Notes: a model not told the origin generated them from the sequence alone. A stretch of DNA of 61,833 bases, filler included, from Choristocarpus tenellus KU-1152 (GCA_964200185.2; 10 parts of 10 records of this genome joined end to end with filler, not necessarily neighbours in it), one strand, 5' to 3'; positions 30,441 through 43,473 are shown, counted from the first letter of the whole stretch. Program-made: numbers and translations.

Positions 30441-30865
30441 CATTATCCAGATGTGTCAGAGATAAATCAACCCATAAATGTCAGAGGGCGTAATAATATA
30501 ATACAAATCAACCCATAATATATTTTATTATTATGACTTCTCACATTTTGTAGATGCGTCAAGGGGTAAACAAATGAAAACTATATGTAGTTGTGAAATA
30601 TGTTGACATGGCTACAACAAGAGGTGTTATATTTGGCACAGTAAAAGTCGTTTTGAAGGGAATTTCGATCTTAGGTTTTCATTTTGCAATAACATCAAAA
30701 TGCAGGAGAAAATGTTTCAGGGCAGTTATGTTGTAGTTCTTCTTCAGGTCATAGTATAGTTACGTTCGATCCTAAAATTGGAGTTGTATTTTTTGACAGC
30801 GCAGTAATAAAACAGTTGTAGTTTTGACTTGATACACTGTTGCAGTTGGGATTTTGACTGAACGA

Positions 30866-31345
30866 TTAAGGTTGCCACAAACCGAACACCTTCACAGTGG
30901 AAAGTTCTGGGCGCATGGGCTAGCAAGTGGAAAGTTTCCTGGATGAGCTGGCTACACACATGGCGGGGGGGAGAGGAATTCGAGGATATGGCAGGAAAGG
31001 AGGGATCAAATCCCGCCTACGCCAAATAGTCTCAGTAACAACGCAAGTGGCACTGTCTAGACGTGCCATGTGTTTTAAGCTGGAGTCAACAGGGAGATGG
31101 GCAAGGAGGGGTTTGTTGGATTCTTGGGATGGCTCCTTAGCTCCTCACCCTGGGGTGCAGGAATAGGTAGATTGGAGGCACAGGAAGGTAGTGATACAAC
31201 ATACATAGTAGCGAAATAACAAATATGATAGGTGTTTCTCACATTTGTGACATATTTTACTTCTTTAGGGTTTATATTGACATATGTGGATAGTTTCCAT
31301 TGGTTTTCCCCCTGACACATCTACAAAATGTCTGAGGGCATACCA
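30866..31345 (+). mobile_element. Second truncated copy of the CRE-like element
   Basis: ESFLDELATHMAGGRGIRGYGRKGGIKSRLRQIVSVTTQVALSRRAMCFKLE…, followed by the same 3'UTR ending CCTGACACATCTACAAAATGTCTGAGGGCATA. Confidence 0.8.
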
Positions 31346-31351
31346 ATACAA

Positions 31352-31577
31352 TTGAGGTTGCCACTACGAGGGCCAAAAGAGCCCTCGTAGTGGCAACCTC
31401 AACACCTTCGTGGTGGAAAGTTTTGGGCGGCTCGGCAAGCAAGTGGAACGTTTCCTGGATGAGCTAGCTACTCACGCGGTAGGGGGGAGAGGAACTGGAG
31501 GCTACAGGTGAAAAGGTGCTGTCAAATCCCGCCTATGACAGATAGTCTTAGTCACAATGTAAGTAGCCCTATCTAGT
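31352..31577 (+). mobile_element. Third CRE-like fragment, starting with a perfect 22-bp fold-back
   Basis: Colinear with 29940-30157 from CAACCTCAACACCTTC onward. Confidence 0.8.
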
Positions 31578-32459
31578 GTTGAAACCTGAATCGAATTGCA
31601 TCGTACATGTAAGCAAAATACGTAGACAAGGAGTGAAGAGGACTCATGGTGTGGTAAATCACCGATGAGTAAAATGCGTAGTCTGTGGTTTGAGTAGATT
31701 TGGTTTTTTATGCTGCAAAGCACTGATTTATTTATTCTGTTGCAACTGAAGTCAATGATCTCTCAGTCAAGAATGATGTGATGTGAGTTCAGTGCTATTT
31801 CATGAGATACTCGACGAAAGAAGTCCATGCTCTGTGGAGAGGCTTGTTACCTTGGCTGGCAGCGGTTTCCGTACATGGTTTTAACACTGTATGTATTGCA
31901 TCCAAGTGTGCGTCAGGGGCACTTATCGCAGAGTGAGCTTGATGCACTCAGAGGGGGCAATCACAACCAATGAAAAAATAATAACCAACAATTAACTTGC
32001 ATGTGGGGTCTTCTGTAGATAAAAAGAAGAACAGTGATGACAGACAACAACAAAGAAAAAAAAAAGGTAACAGTGGAATGCGCTTGGTGGGGCTTATGCA
32101 CAATTTGCATAAGCGTTTCATTTCGCTGGCGCCAAAAAGGATCCACGACGCCGCAATTGCCATGAAGATAGCTACTACAAACGCGACACTTAGGGCATGT
32201 CTAGTGTGGTGGACCAGGAGTATTACCCTTTATGTTCCAGGTGGATCCCGTTGCGCAGGTCGTTATATCTGTAGAATGCAGTCGTCTAAACTTGATGTGA
32301 TATACTGTACGTACTGTACTGTACATTACTGAGAGACAAGGGACTGGTATGCTTTGTACTGCTGGTCTCGAGCAGCTTTGTGCCTTTGATATATTTTGCT
32401 TAACTTTAGACATGACTTTTTTGGGGAAACCCGTCGAGTAAGTAGTGAAAAAAACGTGA

Positions 32460-32603
32460 GTTTGCTCGATATAAGAGAGAATTGGTAGGAAAACGATGAA
32501 ACCTCTCTTATATCGTGAAAAATTATGTGAGAACGCAATCTATCCTCTCTTATATCCCGTTTTCTCTAATATCGACCTCTCTCGTATAGGTATAGCGACT
32601 GTA
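32460..32603. mobile_element. Probable pogo/Tigger-like transposon end
   Basis: Repeated CTCTCTTATATC-type motifs in both orientations, ending in CGACTG-TA (the reverse complement of TA-CAGTCG). Confidence 0.4.
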
Positions 32604-33014
32604 CTGAGAAATTTAATAAAAATTTACATACAACCCCAACATCTCCAAATGTCAGAGTTTATAGTAATACAATATAATAGGGTAGGTAGTAAAACAGTAA
32701 ATTGATGATATTTGACTAGCAGGTGCAACTTTGGGACCTGATCTTAGTCCAATCCACATCTGCGTGCACACACAAGTGCATTGCGCGGACATTTCTTTGT
32801 CATTGGCGCTGTTGCTAACAACATCAAACACAGAGAACTCTTGAGAATTCTCAGACCACTTGCCGTTGACGGTCACAAAGATGTGACGTCACCCATCGGA
32901 TCTGAGATTCCCTTCTAATTTCTCCTAAGATTTGATGGCTGAGAGAGCTTTGTTTTTTTGGAAGCACCTTGACACAACTGGTGATTCTGAACACCACCTA
33001 TGATTGATTGGACT

Positions 33015-33260
33015 ATCTAGAAAATGTCAGAGGGCATAATAATAAAATAACTATTACTTGTTTAGGGGTTATTCTGACATTTGAACAGTTTTTATTGTTT
33101 CCCCCCCAAATGTTAGAAGCATAATAATATATAATAGATTAGTGTTTTCCACAATTGTCACATATTTGATTTCTTTAAATACTTGCACTTACATGTGAAT
33201 AGTTTTCATTGGTTTCCCATCTCGCACATCTCTAAAATGTTAGAGGGCGTAATACAATGT
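33015..33260 (+). mobile_element. Tandem 3'-tail fragments of the CRE-like element
   Basis: Three successive ends of the type AAATGT(C/T)AGA(GG)GC(A/G)TAATA with 3'UTR similarity to 30350-30440 and 31230-31345. Inverted tails lie at ~30525-30600, 45277-45312 and 45667-45698. Confidence 0.65.
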
Positions 33261-33641
33261 ATAATAAGGAGGCAAAATGTCGATACCAGGCATGCCCGAA
33301 CCTGCCCCAGGGCAGGGGGACAGGCACGACAGCACACTCCAATGGTAAAACGCATGCACCAACTATGCAAGGGGATGTGTTACAGTCTCGGTAGGACCTC
33401 CAAGTTACAGTCTCGGTAAGACCTCCATGTTACAGGCGCCCCTCAATGCTCACCTTTCCAGGATGTACAAGTCAAATCCAATTCACGGATTAACGCCCGA
33501 ACAGAACGTCTGTGTGAATAGTCCTTTCATGGGCTTCATCTNNNNNNNNNNNNNNNNNNNNNNNNNNNNNNNNNNNNNNNNNNNNTTAATTAATTAANNN
33601 NNNNNNNNNNNNNNNNNNNNNNNNNNNNNNNNNNNNNNNNN

Positions 33642-33820
33642 CCCCCCCCCAAAGTATCTGGGGGGGGGGGGGGGGGGGGGTCTGTCCATTTGGGCCATAA
33701 CCAGGAAAAGTGCACTTACATTATCCATCCGACGTATGCAACCAAATCACCAAAAAATCACAAGATGAAAAAATTGGCCCCAAATCGACAGCCACCACCC
33801 CCTCCAAGATACTTTGAGCC
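33642..33820. mobile_element. MITE family A copy at contig start
   Basis: CAAAGTATCT(G)n…GTCCATTTGG…CAGGAAAAGTGCACTTACATTATCC…AGATACTTTGAGCC. Confidence 0.88.
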
Positions 33821-34485
33821 TGAAGCAGTAGAAAAAAACTTCAACAACAGCATAGAGAGGTCATTGGGTGGAAATGCCTCACCATTGCAAGACAGGAAGA
33901 ATACATAGGATGTGGCTCTCATTTTACCTCTGGACTTTCTTTTTGTGCATGAGTATGTGCCACAAACGCGAGGAGATCATGTATGGCAGGCGTATGTGCT
34001 GTTCAAATAGGGTTTTTAGATGCAGCATTAAAGTATGCCATGTCAAGCACCTCCTATCCACTCGCTCCTAGCTAAGAGAATCCCTGGAAACCATGAGGTG
34101 GAACGCTAGAGCTCTATGTCCACATCAAACCGAGCAATACTGCTGTAACTGGCAGGTGAATGTACTTCTTCCTGTGAGTGATCATGTTCTGAATGCCTAT
34201 CACCTCATAAGCTGTTTCGTGTTATTATTGTCCACCTTTTGTCCTTATAATAGTGTGGTTGATCAGGCTGAGTAATCTTGTGATTGAAAGCATCATGGAC
34301 TACGTACGAGGTACACTTGCTTGAATTGTTTTGATGTCCTCAATTATAATTGGAACTTATTCCAGAGTACTTGCAGCACACAAATAGAGGCACGTGAGTT
34401 GCTGAGCTACACAAAAAGAGTGCGCAGTGTGCCTTTACTTGTATAGCAACAATTGAAAAATACAAAATGACCCCTTTAATTTATA

Positions 34486-34704
34486 TACTCCCTCTGTCCC
34501 ATAAGTCTGTTCCTTTATGTATGTTGTTACTCTTCGGGATGGCCTCCGGTTTATAAAATATATTTTTAGTTTTGTAGATTATAGTAATTTAATCACTATG
34601 ATTTGATGTAATCGCAATTAACCAAAACAGGTAATTATATATAAACTCCCTCTGTCCCATAAGTCTGTTCCTCTATGTATGTACCTCTTTGGGATGACCT
34701 CCGA
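34486..34704. mobile_element. Two direct copies of a Stowaway-like MITE left end
   Basis: TA-CTCCCTCTGTCCCATAAGTCTGTTCC at 34486, repeated at 34646. Matches the Stowaway TIR consensus CTCCCTCYGT with TA target. No intact right TIR was seen. Confidence 0.55.
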
Positions 34705-34710
34705 TTTCAA

Positions 34711-34923
34711 ACGGATTTTTGCATTGGATACCTCAGAAAATTCATGTAAGATGAGCTATATTTGAAAAATATATCCCGAAATTGTTCTGAAAATATGGAA
34801 CAGAGGTTAGGTGGGCATAGGCCCACAAGAAGAAGTTGAATTGGTGAATTGACTGCGTCGAGGGAAAGTGAGGAAAGAGATTCTAATGCAAAAAACGTCA
34901 AGTAATCCAATGCAAAAATCCGT
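34711..34923. mobile_element. Putative MITE with perfect 19-bp TIR
   Basis: ACGGATTTTTGCATTGGAT (34711-34729) and ATCCAATGCAAAAATCCGT (34905-34923), followed by (AT)n. Confidence 0.6.
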
Positions 34924-35307
34924 ATATATATATATATTTCTGCACCTACAGCATACAATGTTAGTAAGGAAAAGAGGGCTTGTTCCTTTACTCTGTGATG
35001 CACCGTTGGTCGGCACACACCCTGTTAATGAAAAAAATCCTTTGCTTAAAGTTTGTTTGCCTTCATTGCCAAGAATGGCACAGGCAAGAGCTGATGACTT
35101 GAGCAAAGTTGACAATGTTGGTACAACCTTGGATTGTTAGAAGGAGAATAAAACTCATGGTTCGCATGATTTGTCTAGTACTAAGTAGTATCTTTATGTG
35201 TTGCTATTGTTCAGAAATAGTAGTACTACTACAACTACTACTAGTTCGAAAGTGTTCTACCAACAGGAACTCCCCTTGATCAAACTTCGTGTGCTTTATT
35301 AATTCTA

Positions 35308-35566
35308 GAGCCAAAGTATCTTAGAGGGTAGAGCCAAGTCCATTTGGGGGTCGAAATCCAATGTTGCAATTTTGACATAATATTGGCTATCATATTTGTT
35401 AGGAAGTGTCAATATGCTTGTTCCAGACACACCTTTTCACAACGTACACATTTTACCTACTCCAAAATGTTTCAGAGTAGGTAAAATATCATTCAAAACC
35501 CATGGGAAGCCAAGCCCCGAATAGACAAACAGGGAAAAGCTCGTACCCTCTAAGATACTTTCACTC
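35308..35566. mobile_element. MITE family B (~260 bp)
   Basis: GAG…CTC termini with a perfect 18-bp TIR core AAAGTATCTTAGAGGGTA / TACCCTCTAAGATACTTT. Homologous along its length to 36627-36887. Confidence 0.9.
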
Positions 35567-36050
35567 CTATTTCATGCAAACCATTGGGAAAATACTCGCA
35601 AATGACATAACTTTGTCCTGATCTACCTCAGCAATGCAAGCCTTTTTTTTCTGTTGGTGTGTGAGTACAATCTCCATTGTGAGAATATACCATGTACTCC
35701 AGAGTGGCATACATACAAGAACTCAAAGTATTGAGTAGTCTGTCCCCGTGACCACATGGGAGCAAACCCTGCAGCTGGTATTGGAGCAATGGTGGTACCG
35801 TGTAACCTTCTTACTTAGGGACAAAATCGAGGGCAACTGTGGTGTTGACAATCCCTGTGAGAGCACAAGACCCGGCACATGATGTGTCTTATTCATAGGT
35901 CTCCTTTCATACCACCGAATGAGTTTACCAGAGTGGTATATGTATCCTCCCTGGTGGACTGCCTCATGCAAATCATCTGCGATAGCTTGTATCCTCAGTA
36001 GCTCCTGTGTCTTTTTGAGTTGAAAATCCACCATCCTACTCTAGGAAGAT

Positions 36051-36238
36051 GACCCAAAGTATCTGGGGCGAGCGGGGGGGAGGGGGGGTCTACACCAGGG
36101 TGTCCATCTGGAACAAAACCAGGAAAAGTGCACTTACATTATCCATCCAACGCATGCAACCAAATCATCCAAGAGTCGCGACATGAATAAATTTACCCCA
36201 AATGGATAACCACTACACACCCCCAGATACTTTGACTC
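36051..36238. mobile_element. MITE family A, full copy with 4-bp TSD AGAT
   Basis: AGAT|GACCCAAAGTATCT … AGATACTTTGACTC|AGAT. Confidence 0.9.
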
Positions 36239-36626
36239 AGATATATTTGTACTCAAGGGCCTATTGTAGAAGGCCTAGCAAACTATGCCTTTCTTTTCTT
36301 GGCTTCTGATAGTTCCATGCTTACATGGCATTTAGACTCATAATACAGAAAAAACATAAATATAGATTTTGGGATACAGGAGATGGTCCACACGAGCCTT
36401 GGTGGGATGGTGGGTGGGTCTACACAGTGGTGCCTTTCTTTCCAACATACAACTATACTGCTCTGTACTGCTACTTATAGTACTTCTACATGGTGACCCT
36501 TCTGGTGGACACAGACATTCATACACACAGTGGCAGTTGAGTTTGGTTCCGTTGTCTAAAGGCTCGGTTCACTTTGCAATCTTCATGACTTGCGAAATTG
36601 TTCTTTGCTCTGCTAGTCCACATTGC

Positions 36627-36887
36627 GAGACAAAGTATCTTAGAGGGTAGAGCCACGTCCATTTGGGGGTCAGACTCCAATGTTGCGATTTTGATACAAC
36701 TTTGGCTATCATATTAATTGACAAGTGTCAATATCCTTGTTCTGGACATGCCTTTTCATGACGTATACATTTTACCTTCCCTAAAACATTTTGGAGTAGG
36801 AAAATTTCATTTTAAAAAAAACACAGGAAGCCAAGCCCCAAATGGACAGACAGGGCAAAAGTTGTACCCTCTAAGATACTTTCACTC
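36627..36887. mobile_element. MITE family B, full copy with 4-bp TSD TTGC
   Basis: TTGC|GAGACAAAGTATCTTAGAGGGTA … TACCCTCTAAGATACTTTCACTC|TTGC. Partial copies lie at 53488-53543 and 61820-61833. Confidence 0.9.
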
Positions 36888-37409
36888 TTGCACAACCCTC
36901 CCTTCACCAACTTACCTGGTTATATGTGCTCCGGAGGATAGTATGGATGTGGCCCCTACAGGATGTCTGCCTGGATGACATAATGTTGGAGAGGGGAGGC
37001 TTTCTTACCTCCCGGAGAATGTAGTCAGCCTCCTGTTGTGAACCGAAAATATACAAGGTGGAGGGTGATGGTGCAGTATCAGTGATATCCAAGACCCAAA
37101 GTATCTCGGGGGGGGGGGGGGGGGGGGCTACACCAGTGTGTCCATTTGGTCCAAAATACGGANNNNNNNNNNNNNNNNNNNNNNNNNNNNNNNNNNNNNN
37201 NNNNNNTTAATTAATTAANNNNNNNNNNNNNNNNNNNNNNNNNNNNNNNNNNNNNNNNNNNNATTTGGAAAATATTCCCCCTACTGCCCTGCCCACCCTT
37301 GCCCTTGCCCTTACCCTTACCCCCCCCCCAAAAAAAAAAAAAGTCTATTTTTTTATGCTTTTTGTTAAATGTAGTCCCTTTGCTTTTTTGAGGCGTCAAA
37401 TTTCCTTGA

Positions 37410-38107
<698 letters not shown>

Positions 38108-38148
38108 GTGCGGCGGTGGCTTGGGAGCACGGCTCAATGGTAGTGGCC

Positions 38149-38182
<34 letters not shown>

Positions 38183-38942
38183 GAAGTGTTTTTTTTTTTT
38201 TCATTGAGAGGTTTTGTTTTGAGTTCGCCGGATAATTGTTTTGTTTTGTTTTTGAGGTTTGCCTAAGTTGTGGAAGGCTTTGTTTGTTTGTGCATCGAGT
38301 TGGGGAGGGTTGGAAGGGGGGGAGGTGGGGGACAATCTGGAAGAGGTAGAATTGGAGGATGTGGAGGGGTGCCGTCAGAGATGTAGCCCAAGACAACTAC
38401 TGCGAAAAAGGTGAGAGCTTGAAGATGTGGAATGGGGAAGGGATGTGATGTGATGTGATGGTTTGGTGTGTTCCAGTCTGTTTTGTTCTCATGTGGTCAT
38501 TCCCAATTTTCTCGTGTGTGTGTGTGTGTGTGTGTGTACGCTGTGTGGACTGGTAGGGGTCTTGTGTTGTGATCTGTGCATATGTGTCTTCCGTTGTGCG
38601 TGTCTGTGTGTTGGTGCACGGACCACTGTCATGACAATCTGTCGAGTCTTCTTTTGGCCTTGAAAGGGTAATTAATGCTATTGTTACGAAGGTCAGTCCC
38701 CGTCTTTCGTTTCATTGGCGTATCTTTGTTCTCTCAGCAACGCCCGAAGATTCCTTTCTGTGTGGCAATGTTGATATTGGATCAGTGTCTGGTGGCGGAG
38801 TCTGAGTCATACGGCAGTCAAGTGCACAAACAGTTTCCAGCTGCTCCCATGAACTGGTTCAAGTCCTCTTCAGTATTTCAATGAAATGGCTCTACTCACC
38901 AACGGTCTCAACGTATCTCTCCCACTCTTCGGTGCCACCTGA

Positions 38943-40267
38943 ATGCACACGCGCACACTCTTTGGCAGCCCTCCATCAACGCCACGTAGAACTCCTGCTG
39001 CAATCAGTGTGACTACCATAGCCAACACTGAAGACGCCTGCCCAAAAGACACTCATGTCTGTCATGATTGTGCGACCGAGAGCGGAAGCGAGGCGGGGGG
39101 TAGGGTTCGGCACGTGATGTCCTCAGACACTGATGCTGTCACAACGGTGATAGACTATACCGTGGTTCCTTTGAGATCCAACCACCGACGAGAAAGCACG
39201 AGTGGAGTGAGAAGAAGGTTGGGAAGGGAACGGGGACAGGCACAGGCACAGAAGGGGAGAGGGAGAGGGAGAGGGAATGAAAGGTCCAGGGAAACGGAAG
39301 CAGATTCGCACGACAAAGAGGGTTTATTTGAGGAGGGAGATTCAGGAGATACAATACCCCTTGATCATGGGGTAGATAGGAGTCACCAGGAACGGGATGG
39401 TGTCCACAACAGCCATCTAAGCAGCTGTGAGGAGGGATTGGGGGGGGCAGAGGAGGTCTCGTCCCTTAGCTTGGAGAAGGATGTTGGGACCACGGAGGTG
39501 GTGGGGTGGGAAAGCCTCAGGGGGGTGAGACGGGTACGTACTTCATCCTAGGATCGATTTTTTGTTTTGTTTTTGTTAGGGAGGGGGGAAGGGGGAGGTG
39601 GGGGAGGCTTCTATCGATACGGGGAAAGATTTTGTCTAGATTGCGACTGGTGTATCAGCAGTGAGGACCCTTTCCGTAAATGAAGTTTAAATGCGCCATC
39701 CTTTCCTTCCCTTCACTGCGTAACGTTTGCTGTGATTGACTTGGCCGCTTGGTTGTTGAACCCCAAACAGGAGCTGTTCCACAGTCCGGTGGATGTTCTG
39801 GCTTCCCCCTCCTGTTCTCCGAGTCCCATCCCCTACCCCAGATGCAGTCCCTGTCCGAGCCCCAAACCCAGGAGGGGATTCAGGTACACACACAGGCAGG
39901 ACCAAATCCAGGGGCAGGAGGAAGGGCTCCAGGGCAAGGAAGAAGAGAGCCTAGAGTCAAGGGTTAGGGGCAAGCATGAGGATCAGGGGCATGATCGGGG
40001 TGAGGGAAAGGGTGACCGACTGCGGGGCCAACGAAGTGAAGTGGGAGGTGAGGGCGTGCAGAAAGGGCTCAAAACAAGGTGGGAAAAGGAGAATGTTTGC
40101 AGTAATGCCAAGGCAGAAGAAAATTCCACGTTTGGTTCCATTGCCACTACCGGGAAGGGGCCTTACTGGTCTGCTGTAGAAGAGAAGATATACACCAGCC
40201 GGTTCTCAAATGACGACAATAATGGGGACAAGAGCAGGGGGGGAGATGAGGCTAGTGCTGCAGGAAG
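38943..40267 (+). CDS. Putative spliced gene for a low-complexity, disordered Gly/Glu/Arg-rich protein of unknown function
   Basis: Two long ORFs (202 and 179 aa) can be joined in phase 0 by donor CGG|GTACGT (39533) and acceptor AAACAG|GAG (39771). A strong donor AG|GTAAGG follows at 40267. No recognisable domain, and the true start is unclear. Confidence 0.4.
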
Positions 40268-42914
40268 GTAAGGCCCAGGGTGTTATGAACTAAGATGGGG
40301 AGAGAGAGGGAGCGTGGGGGGGGGGGAGATTCGTGTATGTGCATATTGATTACAGGTAAGTTTGTTTTTTGCTGAGGTATGGTTAAGAAAGCATCAGCTT
40401 TACTTTGGCTAACCAATTTTAATGCAGCAGTCTTCAGTGCATTGTTTAAAGATTGACTCGTTTATTTTTCTAACATTTGTGTCTGTCTCCCTCGCTTGGC
40501 CTCGCGCACACAACAGGAGGTGTTGTTGCACCACTACCCATATTTGAATGTACCTTTGTTTGTCAATGGCGTGATTTTACATAATGCACATGTTACGGTT
40601 GTTGAGAAGTGACCTCACTCGTCACCCTCTCTGCCCCCTGTGGTCGCTCCCTGTCGCTCCCTCGCTGAACAGACCTGTCAGCATGAGAGGCAACAGCAGC
40701 GCCTTAACAGGTGCCACCATCTCTGCCCGGGTTAGACATCGAGTGACCATGCCCCAGGGGCAAACCCAAGGACAAGGGGATATCACGGGGAGGATCCGAA
40801 GGTGCAACACCCTTCGTATATGAAAGCAGAGAGTTGAAAGGCGATGTTAATGGGTCGAGGAAAAAACCTAGGGGGGGGGGGGGGGGGGGCAAGGAATTCT
40901 ACACCCCCCTTCTCTTTTTTCCCCAAGGGGCCCCCCCCGCCCCCCCCCCCCAACCCCCNNNNNNNNNNNNNNNNNNNNNNNNNNNNNNNNNNNNNNNNNN
41001 NNTTAATTAATTAANNNNNNNNNNNNNNNNNNNNNNNNNNNNNNNNNNNNNNNNNNNNCCCCTGCTTCCACTTTCCTCCTCCTGAACCTCTTTTCCTCCT
41101 CGAGGCGCCCCGTCTCTCACCCCTTCTACTCCAGTTGTCTTGTGCTGCCCATGTCCCATGAAAAAGGACACGAACAACATGAGATAGGCAAGGATAGAGC
41201 CACTTCAAGCATTAAACCGCAGTAAAGAGTCAAACAAGCACAGGCCAATGTATTTGGGAGTTGATAAAAAAAAAAATACAGCCTAGATGGAACAAGTTAT
41301 TCGAGCTTTTTTGTTCCTTCGATTTTGGTCGAAGTTTTGAGTGTGTTCATATGATTGCCATAAAAGCAGGTAGGTGATCGAGGTTTGTGCCATCGATGCT
41401 TGGTGACTTCTTCAGGGCGAGCAAGACCAAAATCCTCCTACTAGATGGGAACTTATGACTATTTTGCCAATTCCATACTTATGACATTGGCAAGAAATTA
41501 CTGGAAAGGTGGATAGGGAGCAGTTGTCGCAAGAGTACGAGCTCGATACGTGAGCCCTATGTTATGCCGGGAGTATTAGATCCATAAAGATTAGATTTAC
41601 TACAAATATCATATCCTCGTATTTAATATCATGCAGTCATGGGAGGTTACCTGGGCATCGATCGCTCCCTATCGCAGACTCTCTACTAAATGTAGAACTC
41701 AATGGTGTCATATTATCATCATCCTATCAAAACAAGATTGTGTAGCTACTGAGGAGTCTGAGAACAGAAGGGTAAGAGCTGGTGAATGAACTGAAAAATG
41801 TGTGTGTGTATGTAGCGTTGGGCATGTCCAAGTAACGCAGAGATACCCATATTCGTTGCAGTCCATCACAGACCAATCAAAACATCTCATAGCCCATCAC
41901 GCACCCCACCTCCGCTATCTCCTTCACCTCATCCTCCAGCCCATGGCGAAGGTTATGGGCGGTCCTCATACCAGAGATTCGCTCGCCTGATTCGGCTCGG
42001 CCTACTGCGAGTCGCCTCGGACGCCTAGAGGATGCCCCTTCCGAGTGACCGTAGCTCTGAAACATGGACAGAACGAGGAGGCAAAGAGTGAACGGACACT
42101 GTAGACTGAGGCCAATTGTGATAGTAGGCTGGAAAATCGACACTTGATCTCCGATGCGATTGCTATAACTGGATCACCTCTTCACCGTGGAATGTGTACT
42201 CTCCATCTCAAGCTTCTATAGCATTCCGAATTGGTTTGCGAGTTCAACATTGCTCACTACTAAAGCCACTCAACGGTCGGATACTGATACGTTACGCTGA
42301 AAAGGGACAAAAGGGAGGGGTTCGATACAGCATTACTACATCGGTAGGAAAGCTGCACAGCAAAAGGCTGTCTCTTTTACATCCACCTGGAGGAGAGCTT
42401 GCAGGTCCGAATCTGGAGGAGGTACAACTGGTGTCTTGGCTAATGACAACAGCTGCCGCACTTTGAGGGCATCTACACTATTGGCAGGTCGCACCACGAC
42501 TGGTTTCGCACCTTTTTTGGACATACTTCACAGAAATACTTGAGGCCCACCTCTCATACAGGGTAGTGAGAGATCGTTGTCACACTTGACCTTTAAGGTG
42601 TTCAGTGTGGCAGTTAAGAATTGGGTGTTCAATATCCGTGCGCTAAGGTCAACAGCGCACGATTTTGGTATAGAAAGTTCCACAATCCTTTTGTTAACAC
42701 TATTGGATAGAGAGTGGATATTATATTATGTTGAAATACACTATATAATCATGTGGGAAAAACAGAAAATGTAAAGGGGAGTTGTGTGAGAACCATCTTC
42801 CAACTAAGGTATACCTTTAAAGCGACCAACTTCGAACTTCTATTACTCGTATGAAATCTGCTTTTACATGTTGAAGTTAACATCTGCTAGAAGTAAATAG
42901 TGGGTGGTTTGAGG

Positions 42915-43080
42915 GGATCTTGCAAACCCCCCTCACTCACTTTTTGCTTGTGCACCCTTTCCTGAGTGATCTTCTGAGGGATTGCTCTCCCTCTCTCCAT
43001 TCCCGTCCTACTGTGGTCTTCCCGCTCCCTTTCAGTCTCAAGAACCTGTCGGACTGTTTCCATCTGTTTCTCAGTGGCGA
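42915..43080. repeat. Dispersed repeat; diverged second copy at ~45851-46022
   Basis: Both copies share CTT(G/A)CAAACCCCCCTCA…CCTGAGT(G/A)ATCTT(C/T)TGAGGG…GGTCTTCC…CCCTTT…AGTCT.AAGAA.CTGTC. Family unassigned. Confidence 0.65.
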
Positions 43081-43473
43081 TGATTGCAATCATTCTGAAG
43101 TGGGAGAGTACTTTAACAGTGCTTTTGGGAAACACTTAGTACATTACCCATACTTTGAGCACCACACTTACCCTATATATATATGCCATATCACTCTGGG
43201 ACTAGCATAATATGGTTTGATCAAGGTGACGATGCAGTACAACATATTGTACCACAACAGACAGCAGAGAAGAGGAAAGATAATGCAAATTATACAATAT
43301 AACCACAGAAAGGGCTACTAATAATACAGATGATACACAAACTTGTATGTAGAAAACAATTGGACAGGAAGACAAAAACGCTCCAAAACTGAATATATGA
43401 AGAAGGCGAGCTAGCATCAAGGGAAGATCCCATTAATCTATCAAGCTTATTTTCCTACCCCCATCAACTTGAA

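Noticed and set aside
35723-36034. 103-aa ORF as a gene or integrase fragment
   Set aside because: No recognisable motif or splice support. It lies between MITEs in a repeat-only contig.
38738-38912. In-frame TGA (~38803) as possible selenocysteine or readthrough
   Set aside because: No selenoprotein-like context or recognisable SECIS, and an alternative acceptor at 38840 avoids the stop.
41850-42530. GC-richer ORF-like stretch on the minus strand
   Set aside because: It may be another retroelement end, but similarity to the CRE-like copies is too weak to call by eye.
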